The notes under the pieces: generated by a model
Database searches by the model: none
What the model saw: the letters and a program-made list of their open reading frames with translations, nothing else
What the model was told of the DNA's origin: nothing
Translations under genes and position numbers: made by a program
Part shown: positions 26,821 through 40,841 of the stretch, one piece after another
How the letters are laid out: every line of letters begins with the position of its first letter
How positions within the stretch are numbered: the stretch's first letter is position 1
Source: Spizellomyces punctatus DAOM BR117
Lineage: Eukaryota
Direction: 5' to 3' (one strand)
NCBI GenBank assembly: GCA_000182565.2
Contig: KQ257461.1
DNA: 64,000 nucleotides

Positions 26821-29800
26821 TTAAACTTTGCCCTTTGCCCCCTTCTTCTTTGCCTTTGGCCCTGTGAACCGCAGTGGAGCAATGACTGTGCCCAATTTTG
26901 TCTGCACTCTCGGTTTGATCATGCCACCATGAGCACTGGCTGCATTCCATTCTTTGCCTAAAGGAGCACGAATCGTTCGTTCGTACTGCTCTCTATTATC
27001 AAACCCATGGGGAACAGCTGGCGCCATGTACTTTACAGCCTATCGTTAAACAGGTGGATGAGAAATTCGATCATTCAATACAACCATCACAGGGTTTTTA
27101 AGAATAATACCTTCTTCATTCGCTTTTCATTTATGATTACGTGCTTCAGCTTCACATCCTGCCGCTTGGCTTCGTCAACACCTTGACCAGGTTTGGCAGG
27201 CTTCACAACAACACGCTTTTTAGGCTGCAATCCAATTCCACCCCAAGAACCCCATCCAGGAAGTGTTAGATCTTCTTCTTTGGGTTTTTCTTCATCTATT
27301 GCAAGCAGCTTTTCTTCTTCGAATTCCTATTTTGTTGCATTAGTTAGGAATGCTGTTTCCGGGTTCAATAAAGTAGTACTTACGGCAGCAAGGTCATCGT
27401 TGGCAAAGGCCATTTGCATGAGTTCTCGGTGAGAGAGATCTTTCATGTGTTTGAGAGAGGACGAGTGGATGATTTTCATTTGTCCATTGCCCTCGAAGTC
27501 GCTGTCCCCATCGGATTCTTCGAAAATTGGTGCAGTAGCAGTCACCGTCGAGGCTTTCAGCTTACTACTATCCCGTGCTTTGGTCGTTGAAGCGTGCGCA
27601 GGTAGTGCAGCTGGTATAGACTCACTTGGATCTATTTGAGCTACATCAAAGGCTTGATCAGTTAACAATTCTCTCACAAATGGATCTTTACGCATACTGT
27701 CTGCCACTCACAATCAAACGAGGATGCCGCTACCTCCATTGCCCGAACACCATCCAAATTGAGTTGCACATCTCCAATGGCTTTGGTCAACTCTGCCTGC
27801 CTGGTATGTTTTCGCTTCTGGGAGAGTTTCTCCAGCGCTTTCTCTGTTTTCCCACCTTTGGTGGAGGTAACAGTATGCGTGCTCTTCAGGACCGCTCTTG
27901 TATCATCAGCGGCCGCGAGCCATGGATTTATTGAATCTTCATCCTCATTCCTTGGATTGCTGCGACGGGTGACGGGAGTAACTTGCTCTTGTTCAGATTC
28001 GGAGTCGCTCGGTGGACTGTTCAGTGCGCGGTCGTCAGACGCCGGTGTCATCGGCAGATCTTGTGCATCAGGAGACAATGTGTGCTCTGTCTGTCGTATA
28101 GACTTCGACGTGCTAGTTGCGACATTTGTTCGGTTTACTGTCCCGGTGAAAACTGTATCGTGCACTTCCTCGATCTCGAAAGACTCAACTTGGAAGATCG
28201 GGGATTGAGCTGGGACCGTCGAGGCCATGTTCTGCTTACTGCCAATATTGATGGGCTGCGTCGCACGTACGCTATATCCATCGCCGTCTTCGAATGCCGA
28301 ATCCTCGTCAACTCTTGAGTCAATTTGCCCGGGTCTTGTCTTTTTGGTATCAAACGACATGCGACCGGCATTACCAGCGATAGAGATTCCCCCTTCTTGG
28401 ACTTCTTCCTTTGCATTTTGATCAGAATCGGAATCATCATTTCCAGAGTCGTCAACGTAATCATCACGAAGTCCATGGCGCGCTTGCTCAAGACTATCTC
28501 GCGCTTCTCGCTTCTGCTTATCAAGTGCCCGCTGCATGAACTTCATGGCAAAAACGCCAGTCTTGGGCGCATTTGTCTCGTCCTGGTCCATCTCCTCTTC
28601 AATCTTATCAAAAGAGGCAAGGGCTTTTCGACGTACACCCTCTTCGTCAACTTCCGAATTGCCATCATAGTTCTCCTCATCAGAACCATCGAAGTCCGAT
28701 TCATCTGACTCGAACCCTTTTATTCGTCGTTTCAAGGCTTCATGTTTGTCCAACTGCTCCATTACCGCTCTGTGAGTTTCAGGGTCGCCGTCCTTTCGAT
28801 TTAGCATTTGCTTGGCCCATTTTCCAGTATTTTTATGCTTCAATGTCATCCGCTCTCTCGCGCGCTCAGTTTCCAATCTATCCCTCTCTTGCTCAGCAAG
28901 TTGCGGGTCTAATCGCTTCAGTTCCTCCAGAGATAAGTCTTCCTTAATCTTGTCCTTCTTACGAAGTTTCCGATAGGCTTTACTTTTTATTTTGGCGATC
29001 TTCTTTTGCTTCTGTTCTTTGAAGAACAGCAGCGCTCGCATCTTTGCCAACTCCGCACGTCGCTCCATTAACTGCGATTTTATAAGATATCAATATATCC
29101 AGGAACGCCTCATTACCACCTAATAACGAATCACAGCGTACCTCTTCTTTGGATATCTTCTTGAGCTCGAGTTCTTCCATTTCCTTTTGTTTCTTCTCCA
29201 GGAGGTATGACTCTTCCAAGATCTTTTGGACCTCCGATTCAAGGCTGGTCGATGCCTAATGCACATTTGCACAAAGGGATGTAAGTACCACCCTCTGACT
29301 ATTTAGACTAAAATCACGCCAAGACAGCAAACCTTAAACTTCCCAACCAAGGCCCCACTGGAATTATTAACGGCAGATAAGTCCGTCGTGGGAAGGGTCA
29401 AATGGTCCGCCTCCCTATTCTTCTTGACTAAAGGTGCCCACTTAGAAACCTCTTTTTTGGTTTCTTCATAGGCTGCCTGGCGATCGTATCGGTCTTGGAC
29501 ACGTTTCGGTAGCGGAGCGGCAATAGTGGCCATCTGTTTGCTGGTTGACTTTTCGAGCACTGCAAGCTGCTTCTTAAGGGTGGCGAACCCGGCCTCATCT
29601 CCAAGAGAGCCCATCAAATCCTCCAGACCTATCTTCCGTCGCGAGCTAGACCCACCTGCCGCAGTAGTATCATGTGCGGCCAAATTATACTCCGACTCCT
29701 CGCCTCCCTCTGTTTGACTCACAACACGCCTTCGTGTCCTTTCCTTCTTTCCATCCAAGGATTGAACAAAGGACGATAAGCGCTCAGCTAGGTCTTCCTC

Positions 29801-30621
29801 ATCATTGCTGGCCCCTCCATCTACAATGTCTTCACCGTCCATTGTCTCGCCCTCGTCCTCTTCCTCATCTTCATCCCCCAAATCATCAAATGAACCATCC
29901 TCCTCGAATTCATCCTGATGACTCGGCAACAGAGTGTCAAAAGCTTGTTTTCTAGCGGGTACGTCGGACTTCGTGGCGGACTTCGTGTCCGATCCTAACA
30001 TTTCCGAAAGATCCATGTACGCTTCAGGATCATCTTCCTCTTCGTCGTCCTCATCATCTTCGTCGCCATCATCATCGTTTTCATCCCCTTCAGACATAAT
30101 GTTTGTTGCAGAGTGAGACTTCAAGGTAGATATGGCCCCCTAGATTCAAGATCTGTTCATCGGCAGGCGCGTGGATGGGTACTCAGGAACGAACTAACCT
30201 TATCCGCAAAAAAGCTCGCGTACTTTTCCTCGTCGCTTTCTCCAAAAGCTTCATCTTCGTCGATTTCTTCGTCATCTTCTTCGTCAATGGTGTCCACATG
30301 ATACTCATAGTTTTCTACGTCATCCATTGTTCGTCCAACCGCACCTCCACCACCTCCTCGTCTGGCCAAAATGCGGCGTTCGTCCTCCTCGTCATCGGAC
30401 GCCTCGTATACATCCAAATACGACCGCTTGCCCTTCACTTTCAGAGCTGGTGCTGACCCCGCTGCACTGCTGGAAACACCCCATGTACTCTGGCTTTTCG
30501 ACTCACTCCTTGGACGCTTCGCTGAGGAGCTAGTTCCATTTGAGCTCACTCGCCGTTGCTTTGTTGGCCGCTGGTTTCTGTTATCTACCCCGCTCGGTCT
30601 ACTTTGCCGTTTATTCACCAT
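26821..30621 (-). CDS. UTP14: U3 snoRNA-associated protein Utp14
   Basis: APLPKRVQDRYDRQAAYEETKKEVSKWAPLVKKNREA, RRAELAKMRALLF..KKIAKIKSKAYRK, ERMTLKHKNTGKWAK, LPGWGSWGG and YERTIRAPLGKEWN. Confidence 0.93.
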
Positions 30622-30891
30622 TTCTTATACTCGCAAATGGTCAAGCTGCTGCTGGACGTAAATGTCAAAAAGAAAAAACAAATGATCGAGCTGCTGAAAG
30701 CAATGCTTAGTCAGTGACACGTGATATGCACTGGAATGGACTGGAATGCATCATGACGGGAGTCGGGATTTCGAGCACCGAGTAGAGCATTCGCGAGAAG
30801 CATGCGGAAACCGATTTTTGGCAGCAGCAAAATGACGGATACTTCAGTACCATAAGTTTTTCTGTGTTTACAATTGTACATAATTTCAAAT

Positions 30892-33192
30892 ATGTCGAAC
30901 GTTACTACTGATGCTGGTGAACCGCACGATGCATTTGAAGATGAAAATTCGGAAACCTCTTCCAGTCCTCCAAATCCTCCCATCCAAAGCCATCCACCAC
31001 TGAAGCGGTCAGCTTCCGTCGTCTTCTTCAATCTGGACGTGAAAGCAGAATTGGAAGACCACTTTGTGATTGCCGCCCTGCGGGATGAGAAAAAAACCGG
31101 CGAGCTTCGTGACCTTCTCAGTCATGGGAAGGCCACTCTCTTCCTTCCCATCTCGGCGTCGTTAGTGCATGTAGCTGACAAGATATCTCCAGTATTTTTT
31201 GAGCATCATGGTCGGTAGTACATTAAGAAGCTTACTGTCGAAAGGCCTGACCATAACGTTAACCTTTCTGTATAAAGTCTTCATTCCCAACCCAGAAAAT
31301 ATGCGTCAGGTTATGTCTCTCGGCGGCATTCGTGGTAAGGTCCTTTGAATTTTTGACTCACACATCTGCTGGTAATTGAATTATTCCCTGCCTACCGTCG
31401 GTACACATCAGCTCTCGTCAAAGGGTAAGTCGATTGACGTTCGCGGCCAGTTTCATGCGTCTGACGCCCCAACTTAGATCGCGCCTGATTGTCATCGGGC
31501 CTCGACCAACGGAACAGGAGCTTCTATCCATATACTCAAGAGACACGGGGACCGATGATAAAACTCTATCAATCTGGGACACGATTGATACTGAAGCGAC
31601 AACCATTGATCAATATCCCTCCATAGAGCTCTTGTCCGATTCACCGTTAGATTTCCGTTTAAGTGAAAATTCCACTATCAAGGTTGCTCTGATGAGTAGA
31701 GCTATCATGCAAGAGGATTTGACCCGTAACTTTGCTCCAAAACTTCCACCTCGCAAACCTCCGGCCTACAACACGAGCCTGATCACTCTTCCAGCGATCA
31801 ATTTTGATATCAGATCTATCCCTTCAAATGTGTTTACCCAGATTGGCTCTCTCCCATATCTCTTCTCTAAACTCGATGTGCAAGCAGTGCTTGAGGAAGC
31901 TCCATGCTTGCAAAACGAACCATCTTATCAAGTCTTTATGGAACAAATGAAAGATCCACGATGTGCCCCTTTCGCAGCAGAGGTACAACGATATCTTGCT
32001 TCAATCACCGCCAATCGTCAGCCAGTATCATCCGAGACTCTTTCCACCTATCACCATCGATTCATCGACAGCATGCATAAGACCTTCACTTCGACTTTCT
32101 TTCCCCGTCAACAAGGTCCTGGCCACATCGAGTCCCTCACCGAAGGGCTTGACAATTATGTTCTTGCACAAGCATATGCCACGTAAGTGGACGCCTGTTT
32201 TGCTCATAGTATCATAAGCATCGACTGAATCTTTATTTTAGTTACTTTATATCGGTTCTCTCTGAGGAGCAAACCACTGACTTGCTCCTTCACCGAAAGA
32301 TTTCACTTATGTCTGTCGCGGGCTTTAACTTGGATCAGCTGGGGATTCATATTGATTTGGACTCTGATGCTCTTAGAGAAACAGTCAAGTTGGCTGGTGT
32401 AGGTATGAAAAGCTCGTTGACCAAGGTCACGTGGATTTTTGGCTAAATTGTTATTATTCAAAGAACTCCTAATTGCCGATCGGACCACGACCCCACACCA
32501 AAAGCTCTCGGCGATTGTTGCGTCTCACCAACGGGTTGCCGAAAGAGTACCCTTGTGTTTTCCATCAGATGACGAGTCGTCTAGTGCGGATATGTTGCTA
32601 CCATTACTTATATACGTTGTCGTAAAGACAAATCCTCCAAGGCTTGCATCATGCTTGAAATACATAAATAGATTCCGTGCGCATAACAAGATCGAAGGGT
32701 ACTCGTCGTACTGTTTGACGAATTTGGTTAGTATTTTTGTGAGCTTCGTTTCGGACAAAGGACTATATGTAACCAAAAAATTTTCATGTTGAAGAGTGCG
32801 GTGCAATCCTTTGTGGAAACCTCGGATGTTCAAACGTTAGGTTTGTCACCGTACGTGGAAGCAAGCTTTAGACCCAAACCTGCCAATAGCAATTCAGAGA
32901 AGATCATTGTGCTACCGGGGGATATGATAGCTGCGCCCGATCCGCCATCCAAGCCAGTGACGGATACTATAGGAGCTCTTGCTAACATGTGAGTTCCTGC
33001 GCGATATTGAGTAAATGCGTAGTCTGACACGTTTTTCAGCCCTCACAGCGTTGGTCAACGGATTTCGGGACTTTGGCCATTTCGCAGAGGTGCGACTCCA
33101 GAAACCGTGGGCCACGTAGATGCCAATGCACCCAATGATTCCGAACGTTTATGGTCACGACTCAAACATGATGGGAAGAGAAGTTCGCGTTA
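30892..33192 (+). CDS. VPS9-domain Rab5-family GEF; 3' end approximate
   Basis: TPHQKLSAIV...SSADMLLPLLIYVVVKTNPPRLASCLKYINRFR...EGYSSYCLTNL|SAVQSFVET is a VPS9 catalytic core. Several GT-AG introns. Confidence 0.8.
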
Positions 33193-33299
33193 ATTTGACT
33201 CTGGGAATATTATATCCCCAGGGAGGGATGTCCTGTGAACCCGAAGCATCATGGCTTCTTGCAGTGCCGGCCGATTCATAGTTGATCCATCTCGACCAG

Positions 33300-35057
33300 G
33301 TAGCGGGAAGGTCAAAAAGAAACGATGGACTACAATATTACGTACTCCCGTCTCACTCCGTATCCAGCGATTAATTGTTCGAATCGACGCCAAGTTCGTG
33401 AACAACAGACCTTTTGGCCTTTCCTGTGTATCCCGGCTGTGAATATCGGATGCCCCGACACACGAGAAATGTCCACCTGCTGTCGAGGGAGACAACCTGG
33501 TTTCCACACTGGTCAAATTAGGAATCACGCTCCGTTTTTCAATGGGGGAGTACATATATACAGCTTTTGGAATGTAGCATGCACTGTGAAATGCCGATAA
33601 AGATGAAAAGATATTTGCGTCGTCCCGCGGGATCAAAATTCCAGTTGTCTGAAGTCAACGTGCTAGGTTGCATTGTCCTGCAATCACCTTCAATGTATGC
33701 TGCTGGAGATAACATTAAACCTTAACCGTGACACCTGAGCGGGGATCCTTCCGCGGATCCTCATCACCAACCTTGGTAACGAGTATCACAAACCTTTTCA
33801 ATTCAATTGATATTCATTATTAGCTGCGCCCTCTTCAAGTTGACGATTTCAAACTTGGAGCACATGGAGGTATGGTTTATCGTCACGCACGTGGGTTTGG
33901 CCCACTAACTAGAAGATCTCTGGCGTTTTCGGAGGTGGGCGCTTGCCTTTCTCCCAATCGGATCAACTTGGCCCAATGTCGAACCAAATAATGCAATCGC
34001 AGATTGTTGAAAATGGACATATGATTTGAAGATTGCAGCCAAGGAAGTAATCTCAGTTGCGTTGACAATGGTCCAATGTTGCATTTGCCTAATGCCAAAT
34101 TTGAAAATAAGGAATAGTCCGTCCTTGCCACTATCGCACACTTTGCAGTTATTCCTCGGTCACATTCATCCTTTTGCTGCGAAGATGTTCCAATTTCTTT
34201 CTGCGCTTGTCAGTTGCATTGTTTTGATTAGCATATGAGATCCTCTATCCAACCGTCATCCCACGGGTCGTCCACAGCAACATTGTTGACCAATGCCCCA
34301 GACAAAAGTCTAAACTCGTAATGCCACGTTTTGTCCAGCCCCTACATCCCATCAAAGCAATGCCTCCCCAACTTCCCTGCCTGGACTTTAACGCGCCCAG
34401 CCGATTAGTCCCTTGTAGCAGGGAGCTCAACACGTCCAGGCACGCCAAGGGTTTACTGCGTATAGCGCTGAATTGGATGGGGTGGGCCCAAAAAGCGGGG
34501 CCAGTACTTGCTGCGCAAATGTATTAGATCGGAATGTATTTCATTCCCCCCGGGTACTCCTTTGTGGCTGGATTAACTGCCAGTTCGGAGAATGACGGGG
34601 ATAGTAAAGGAAATGCTTGTAAATTAACAAATATCTCTGTGGTTAGCGGATGGATTTGAACTTCGTCACCGCATTTTGAAGATGAGAAAATGCTTTTATT
34701 GCTGCTTTTGTGGACGACGATGTACCGGGATCCATCAGAGGTCTTGAATTGTGGAATTCAAAAGTTAAGGATTGACAATTAGTTAGCGTAGTGAGGCATG
34801 GTTTGTAAGCCTCTGCGCCGTTAAAAGCGCTAAAGCATCTGCATAGCTTTATCCTTGAACATGACACTGCAATCCAATCATTGATTCAAAGTTCCTTTTA
34901 AGCTTTGCATATGCTGACCTTTTACAAGCACAGCCTTGTCGGTTTCTCGTCGTCGATCGCCATCGCGTATTATGAATAGAGGACTATCCTATTTATAGCA
35001 CATCGATGACGGTGTGGCAGCCAACATCGCAATAACTTACAGATTTGCCGAATGCAT
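33300..35057 (-). CDS. Possible cryptic multi-exon gene, no recognisable domain
   Basis: A chain of minus-strand splice-like signals (GTAAGT donor at 35040-35035, AAG|GTCAGC near 34919, several YAG acceptors) flanks short open segments. I could not close a single full frame. Confidence 0.25.
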
Positions 35058-35217
35058 TTTTCTGGATGATGCTCTTGTTTCTTTCTTTGACAACCGATTT
35101 TACATTGACGTTTACTTAATACCAAAGTGCCAGATTTGGGCTCTTGGGATTTCATCTTGACGTTGTCTCAGCCTTGATTGCTCTCTTCATCTGTTTTACT
35201 CGTCTTCAACCCTGTTG

Positions 35218-35988
35218 ATGGCTATGCTCACAGTCATGCCTGGCCACCCGACTACCGATCACCCCTTGGCCTTCTCCACCTCACCATCGTTCGACATGCT
35301 AGACCTGCACCCACATCTCAAAAACCGACGACGACGATGCTCTTCCGAGCCCGTCAAATCTCATGCACAAACTTTAGTATCTCCACCTAAAACACCAGCC
35401 CTTCCGTCCAAGCGTTATCACCAGGTCAAACCTGGGGACACACTGGAAGGTATATGCGTGCTGTACGGGGTCAGCGTCTCGGATATGAAGAGGATCAATA
35501 GAATTTGGAACCCCGGGGAATTGTTTCTGAGAAATGTATTGGAAATTCCCCTGTCGGGAGCACCGGTGGGCTCGGTTGCGGCTCTGCCAGCACATCCACC
35601 GCAAGATCAACAACAGACAACCATAACACCAGAAGCAGAACCAAAGACGATTACCCACCTCCTGACCCGAATCGACCAGGACGTCCAGCATGTTCTCACA
35701 TACCTTCCCAAACCTTCGCCTCCGACGCCCAAAAGACTGTACCCACCTCCACAGCATTATAGTCTGAAATCTAAAACTCCGACCGCCTCACCTCGGGCAT
35801 CACCAAAACAGGTGCGTGTCAAGGTGCGGTCGAATGTACCAGCGGCGGCTGTAAGCGATGTGGAGACGAAGAAGAAGGACAAGGAATCCGAAAAGGAACG
35901 GGACTCTGTTGAAGAGGTCAGAGAAATGCATCAGTGGGTTGATATGGTTGCGCTGGGAGCCTCGGCGGAAAACGCTGAGGCATTGTAG
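35218..35988 (+). CDS. Intracellular single-LysM-domain protein
   Basis: Intronless ORF with a LysM motif YHQVKPGDTLEGICVLYGVSVSDMKRINRIW...LFLRNVLEIP. No signal peptide. Confidence 0.85.
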   Translation: MAMLTVMPGHPTTDHPLAFSTSPSFDMLDLHPHLKNRRRRCSSEPVKSHAQTLVSPPKTPALPSKRYHQVKPGDTLEGICVLYGVSVSDMKRINRIWNPGELFLRNVLEIPLSGAPVGSVAALPAHPPQDQQQTTITPEAEPKTITHLLTRIDQDVQHVLTYLPKPSPPTPKRLYPPPQHYSLKSKTPTASPRASPKQVRVKVRSNVPAAAVSDVETKKKDKESEKERDSVEEVREMHQWVDMVALGASAENAEAL

Positions 35989-38218
35989 TTTACGATACCA
36001 CCTGCATGTTAAAGTAGGTTTTTTGGTAAACAGATAGCAATGTAGGCCTGTTGCAGTTGATAAAGATGTGGACAGTGATGATGAATAGAGTAATGACGGC
36101 TGTGGCTACCTAGCTATGAGACAAGTGCTTTGGCACTATAGTTTGCTAGCGTGGGTTTCCTGTTGCACCGCCGAGCCTGTATGCCAAACAGTAAGCACTG
36201 ATAGAGCAATCTCCACAAGAAGCAGAGTAAATAAATGAAACATTACACAATGTCTGACTTGGGTGGAGACGATTCATAAGACGACTCACGACTAGGATGT
36301 GGTTTCTTCCTTTTTTTGTTCAGAGGCTGGATGGAACGGTGGTAATATACTCATGCTACCCACGGCGGCTAACAGTGGCGACGGAACATAGCAGGGATGA
36401 ATGCTCTTTGCGGCGGTCACCTCCACCTGCTATGGATTGCTGGCAGTTGATCTTCTTTTCTGGCCATGATGTACGCAACACATTCCCGCTTCCGAGCTGA
36501 CATACTTGCCCGCCTTTGGTTCCCGCCGAGCGTCCTCCTGTGACGCGCTTGTGCAGTAACTTGTTGTGCGGGCTGAGGCATGGGCGCAGATCATGAGGAG
36601 GCAGGGGGACTTTAATATTGACCGTGGCAAGGGGCGGGCAAGCGGGACAATGACTGGGAGAGGAGGAGCCGAAGCCTGGATGTACTGGTTTCTGGCAAGC
36701 AAAGGGTGTTCTAAACTCTGTGTCCTTTGTCGCGAGATGGATGATCTGTCATGTCCGCATTTATAATCCTAGTTTCAGTCGTGACTGCCTACAAGGTCGA
36801 CAAGCAGCAGTGCTGATGGAATTTGTTCAACCATCAATAGGAAATTGGCACCACCTCACGAATAGGTTGTATGTTCCTCAAGCTGGTCGACCTGGACCAT
36901 TTGTCGTATCACTCCATATACCTGGTTCCACAACGCCGTTGCTTATGGTTCTTGTCAAAGGACTACAAACGCCCACGACGTTCGGAGGACGCCGGGTGGC
37001 GGGTGGCCCACACTGATCGTCATGGACACACCCATCACAAGGGTAAAGGATCAATCGTCTACAGTTCTCTCCATGCATCCAGACAATGGCTCATTGTCGC
37101 CGGGTAGACAACCTGACCTGCCCGGAAGCTAAAGTGGGTAACAAAACGTAATTCCTGTTAGTGATGGCCCTCCCTCATCACAATCATTCATCTTTAACAA
37201 GAGGTAGCCGTGGGCAGACAATCATCCCTTCTTCCTTTTCCTGTCCATACCCCGACACGATGGTAGTGCAACGGGCAATCTTCATTTTTTTGAGTTTGAA
37301 TTCCTTGCCACAAACCGTTCTCCGTTCGGGCAAAAAGTGAAAAGGTTTGAACAACATAAAGTGCCATAGAATCCACGGTAGAAAAAGAATAAGGGTTGCC
37401 CCCAGGTGAGTAGACGCTAATTGCCCCGTGTTCAGGGCAGCGGGTGCCACGGCAGTGTGCAACGAGGTGTTCAAGTGTTCCTTACCATGGACGATTACCT
37501 GCATGCGTCATGTCCGAACGCATTTTATCGTCCGATCCAATCTGCCAATTTCAGGCAAGATTGGCAAGTAGCCGGTCGCACTGGTGTGCTTCTGCTGCCC
37601 GCCCCCAGGGCCCCGCCAAGCAGATCCTTTGTCCATTGTTGGCAGTTCTCCTCCCCTTTTTGCTCCCTGGATGTGTGCTTCCGTCTTTTGATTTCATTGT
37701 AACGGAAGGGATCGTCGCCTATTCCTCCTTTTTGTAACACTTTTTTTTTTGGACTGGCAATTCCCTCCTTTCATTTTCCCGCTGATTTACACCCCCTTTG
37801 TGATAAACGAGAGTCTAGTCTCCCCCGTTCTACAGGATCTGTTGGTCCCCCCATTTTTCCCCTTCCTCCGCTTCAAGGCCATAGGGGGGGAACACAGTAG
37901 AAGAAGAGAGCCTTTTGACGCGGCCAGTCCTTCACGCTGGTTTTATTTTTTTTTCCTATTGTGATTGCTCACAGTCCGGGAGAGCTCCTGGCTGGCCGAT
38001 TGCCTGGAATGCGGCCGAACGAATGCTTCGATGAGCGTCTCCGCCCCCCTAATTGGCACCCACTTTCTTTTCCAGCCGGAACCTATATGATCGCAGTCTC
38101 TGGAAGGCCCCAGTCAGAACAAAGGCCCAGAACGCTTCTCTGCCGAGAATTCCTTCACCTCTTTGCAGAGTGAGCAAGAGTGACCAAGACGAATACTGCG
38201 AAAACTAGCAAAAGAGCC

Positions 38219-40245
38219 ATGGCAGGCACACAATATCACAGGCATTCCGTACCGTCGTTGGTGGCTTCGGCGTCGTCAGCCCACGGCAACGACTTTCAAA
38301 CACCGTAAGTAGCCTGCTCATTTTAGCAAAGGGCGCAAAAAAAAGACGCAAAAGACAGTTTGGACACGCAAAATCTGACGCCTTCTCGTCGGATAGGTAT
38401 GGCCATGAGCGTTCGAATCGGTACTGGTGTCGACAGTATTCTCCCCCGGGCGAACGCAGGCTGCCGCCTCATGCGCATCCGTCCGTGGCGTATCGGCCAG
38501 AGCATCCCATTACGGCGGCTGTACAGCAGTCACATCCTGCTGCTTCTCCGGCTGCGGAAGTGCGTCCATTAGGCACCCATCGCTCTGTTTCGCCGACTTC
38601 CTTGTCACCTCCAGATCACAGGCTGACACCTCAACCAATAAGTTATTCGCCAGAAATTGGAGCTGATGCATCGTCGGATGGATCCTCTTCCGTCGATGGC
38701 ACTGTAGACAGCGACAATGGTTCTGGGTATACGGGACGTATCCGCAAATATGTATGCTCGTTTGAAAATTGCGGCAAGTCCTTTACTACCAGGTATGGTA
38801 AACACACCCTTGCCAGATTGGTTTCAAAAAAGATTTACGAATCTGATTCCTTGCTCATCCATCAACTTTAGCGGCCATTTAACGAGACATATGCGTAGCC
38901 ATGCTTCTGTAAAGCCTTTTGCCTGTGCCGTGCCAGGATGCACAAGCCGGTTCACACGACAAGATAATATGATGGCAGTATGTATATTATGCAATTTCAC
39001 CTGTTTATCTGCCATCGCGTTAAAGCCATGCTTCAGCATTATCGCCAGCACATGCAAAAAATTTCTCAAGGAAATGAAGACAGTTTGAATGCCACGGATT
39101 CCACGTCGCCGCCAGCATCCACAGGCACCAAACGCCGTGATCGGCTCGAGCAGAGTAATCCTTATCCACGGATCTCTCCAAAAAGGACTCTAGCGCCGTC
39201 TTCAAGCCAAGTGGCCGCCCGACAGCAAGAAGACACACATTCATCATTGAAAGGTCCAGAAGAGCAAGCCAATCGTGATCAGGTGGCGACAACCAGCACG
39301 GCAGCTTCACATCCGTTGGAACAGGCTCCCCCCCTGTCGCCGGCGCCGCCGCCCCAACCACACCCACCCCCTGCTCCTTATCCGCCGTATCCATCTCCAG
39401 TAAGTTATGTAGCTTCAGGACCTCCGCATAGACACTGCGTATGCGGCGCGTATCCCAATCCGTATTACCCTCCCAATGTTACGCAATGGGATCCATCGTT
39501 ACCGCCCGTCACATCAAACTATCCGCCGTCATGTCCGCCAGCAGCGATGCCTTATTCCGAACCACCCCCAGTGTCGCAGTCTTCAGGACCGCCTACGCAG
39601 ACACCGGACTACTTTTCTTACCACCCCGAGCGTCCTTATATTTCAGGTCATGCACCTTATCCACAACCTGCTGGACAAGTTGCCTATCGACCAGCGCCAA
39701 TGGCGGAGGAGAAAAGGTCTCAGTCACCAGCTGGTCAGCCCCCGTGTTCACCTGCAGATCCGTCAGCAATGCCGACACCTCCATTGGCATCCCGGCATGT
39801 ACTTGTGCATCCTCCTGCTCCAGTTCGCCCTCCTCCACCTAACTGGGGCCCGTTCCCAGCACCACCCAATCCCGCAAAGCCACCCCATTCTGCAGAGTCC
39901 ACCGGAGCGGTCGCCCCAGCTGGTCCTGCTCCGTATGGACCACCGGCGCATCCGCATGTGAAACCCCCTTTCCATCCATCTCCCTCTGGAAAAGATCAAC
40001 AAGTGCAGCCCTTCTTGGCACCCAATCCTCCAACCGAGTACTACCCGTATTCTCAACCAGGATACCATCCGCATCCACCGCCCGTGTCAACCCATGACCC
40101 GAACCAGTCCTTTCCGGAGTACGCTGGTTACACCCACCCGCATTACGCATACTATCATGGTCACCACCCATATGGAGGTTATGCATATCCCACATACCCA
40201 CCGCACCCTGGACACTATGCAAGATGGCAATCACCCCATTACTAG
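38219..40245 (+). CDS. C2H2 zinc-finger transcription factor (Nrg1-like two-finger) with Pro/His/Tyr-rich C-terminus
   Basis: Spliced fingers YVCSFENCGKSFTTS|GHLTRHMRSHASVKPFACAVPGCTSRFTRQDNMMA|HYRQH. Three introns. Confidence 0.88.
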
Positions 40246-40841
40246 AGTTGGAATTATGTACATGTTGTGTTTATTTGTTGTCTTTTTGACTGGACGCGAA
40301 ATATCAATAATTGTATTTAGATTCGAAGGAACTTTGCTTGGGAGTATAGGATGATATTTATTAGAGAAGGGTATTACGTCCTGTTTCTTCGTTTGTGGGT
40401 CGTTGCGTCTTGATCCGATGTAAACATTGACTGTAAAAATATCGAGTAATGACTTTGGATTTCTAATTGGCCTAGGTTGCGTGAGGTCCATCAGTTTCTT
40501 GTCAGCTGTGCGAATGTAAAACGTCCCGTACAGATGTGGAGGTGGTCTTGCTTTGTGTTGGTTCAGCGGACGGTGTTTTCCTTGCCGTGGATCCAGCAAC
40601 TGCATCTGAGCGCGGTTCTTGGTAAGCCATGGCATAAGCAAGGGTCATATAACCATTTTCGGATTCGGACATCGAATGCGCTTGGTAAGGCCTCGCCAGC
40701 TGTTGAGGATTTGCAACGGTGGTCCATCGAACGGCTGGTTGCAAAACATTATCGGTATTCTTTCGCGCATAGACTTGTGAGAGCGTTTACGAGGTCCCCG
40801 TCCGCAATCATTTGGTGTCGTGCTTGCTTGGGTGCATAGTA

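Noticed and set aside
36000-38218. Many short ORFs upstream of the first C2H2 gene
   Set aside because: No recognisable domains or consistent exon chain; probably a long regulatory or 5' region.
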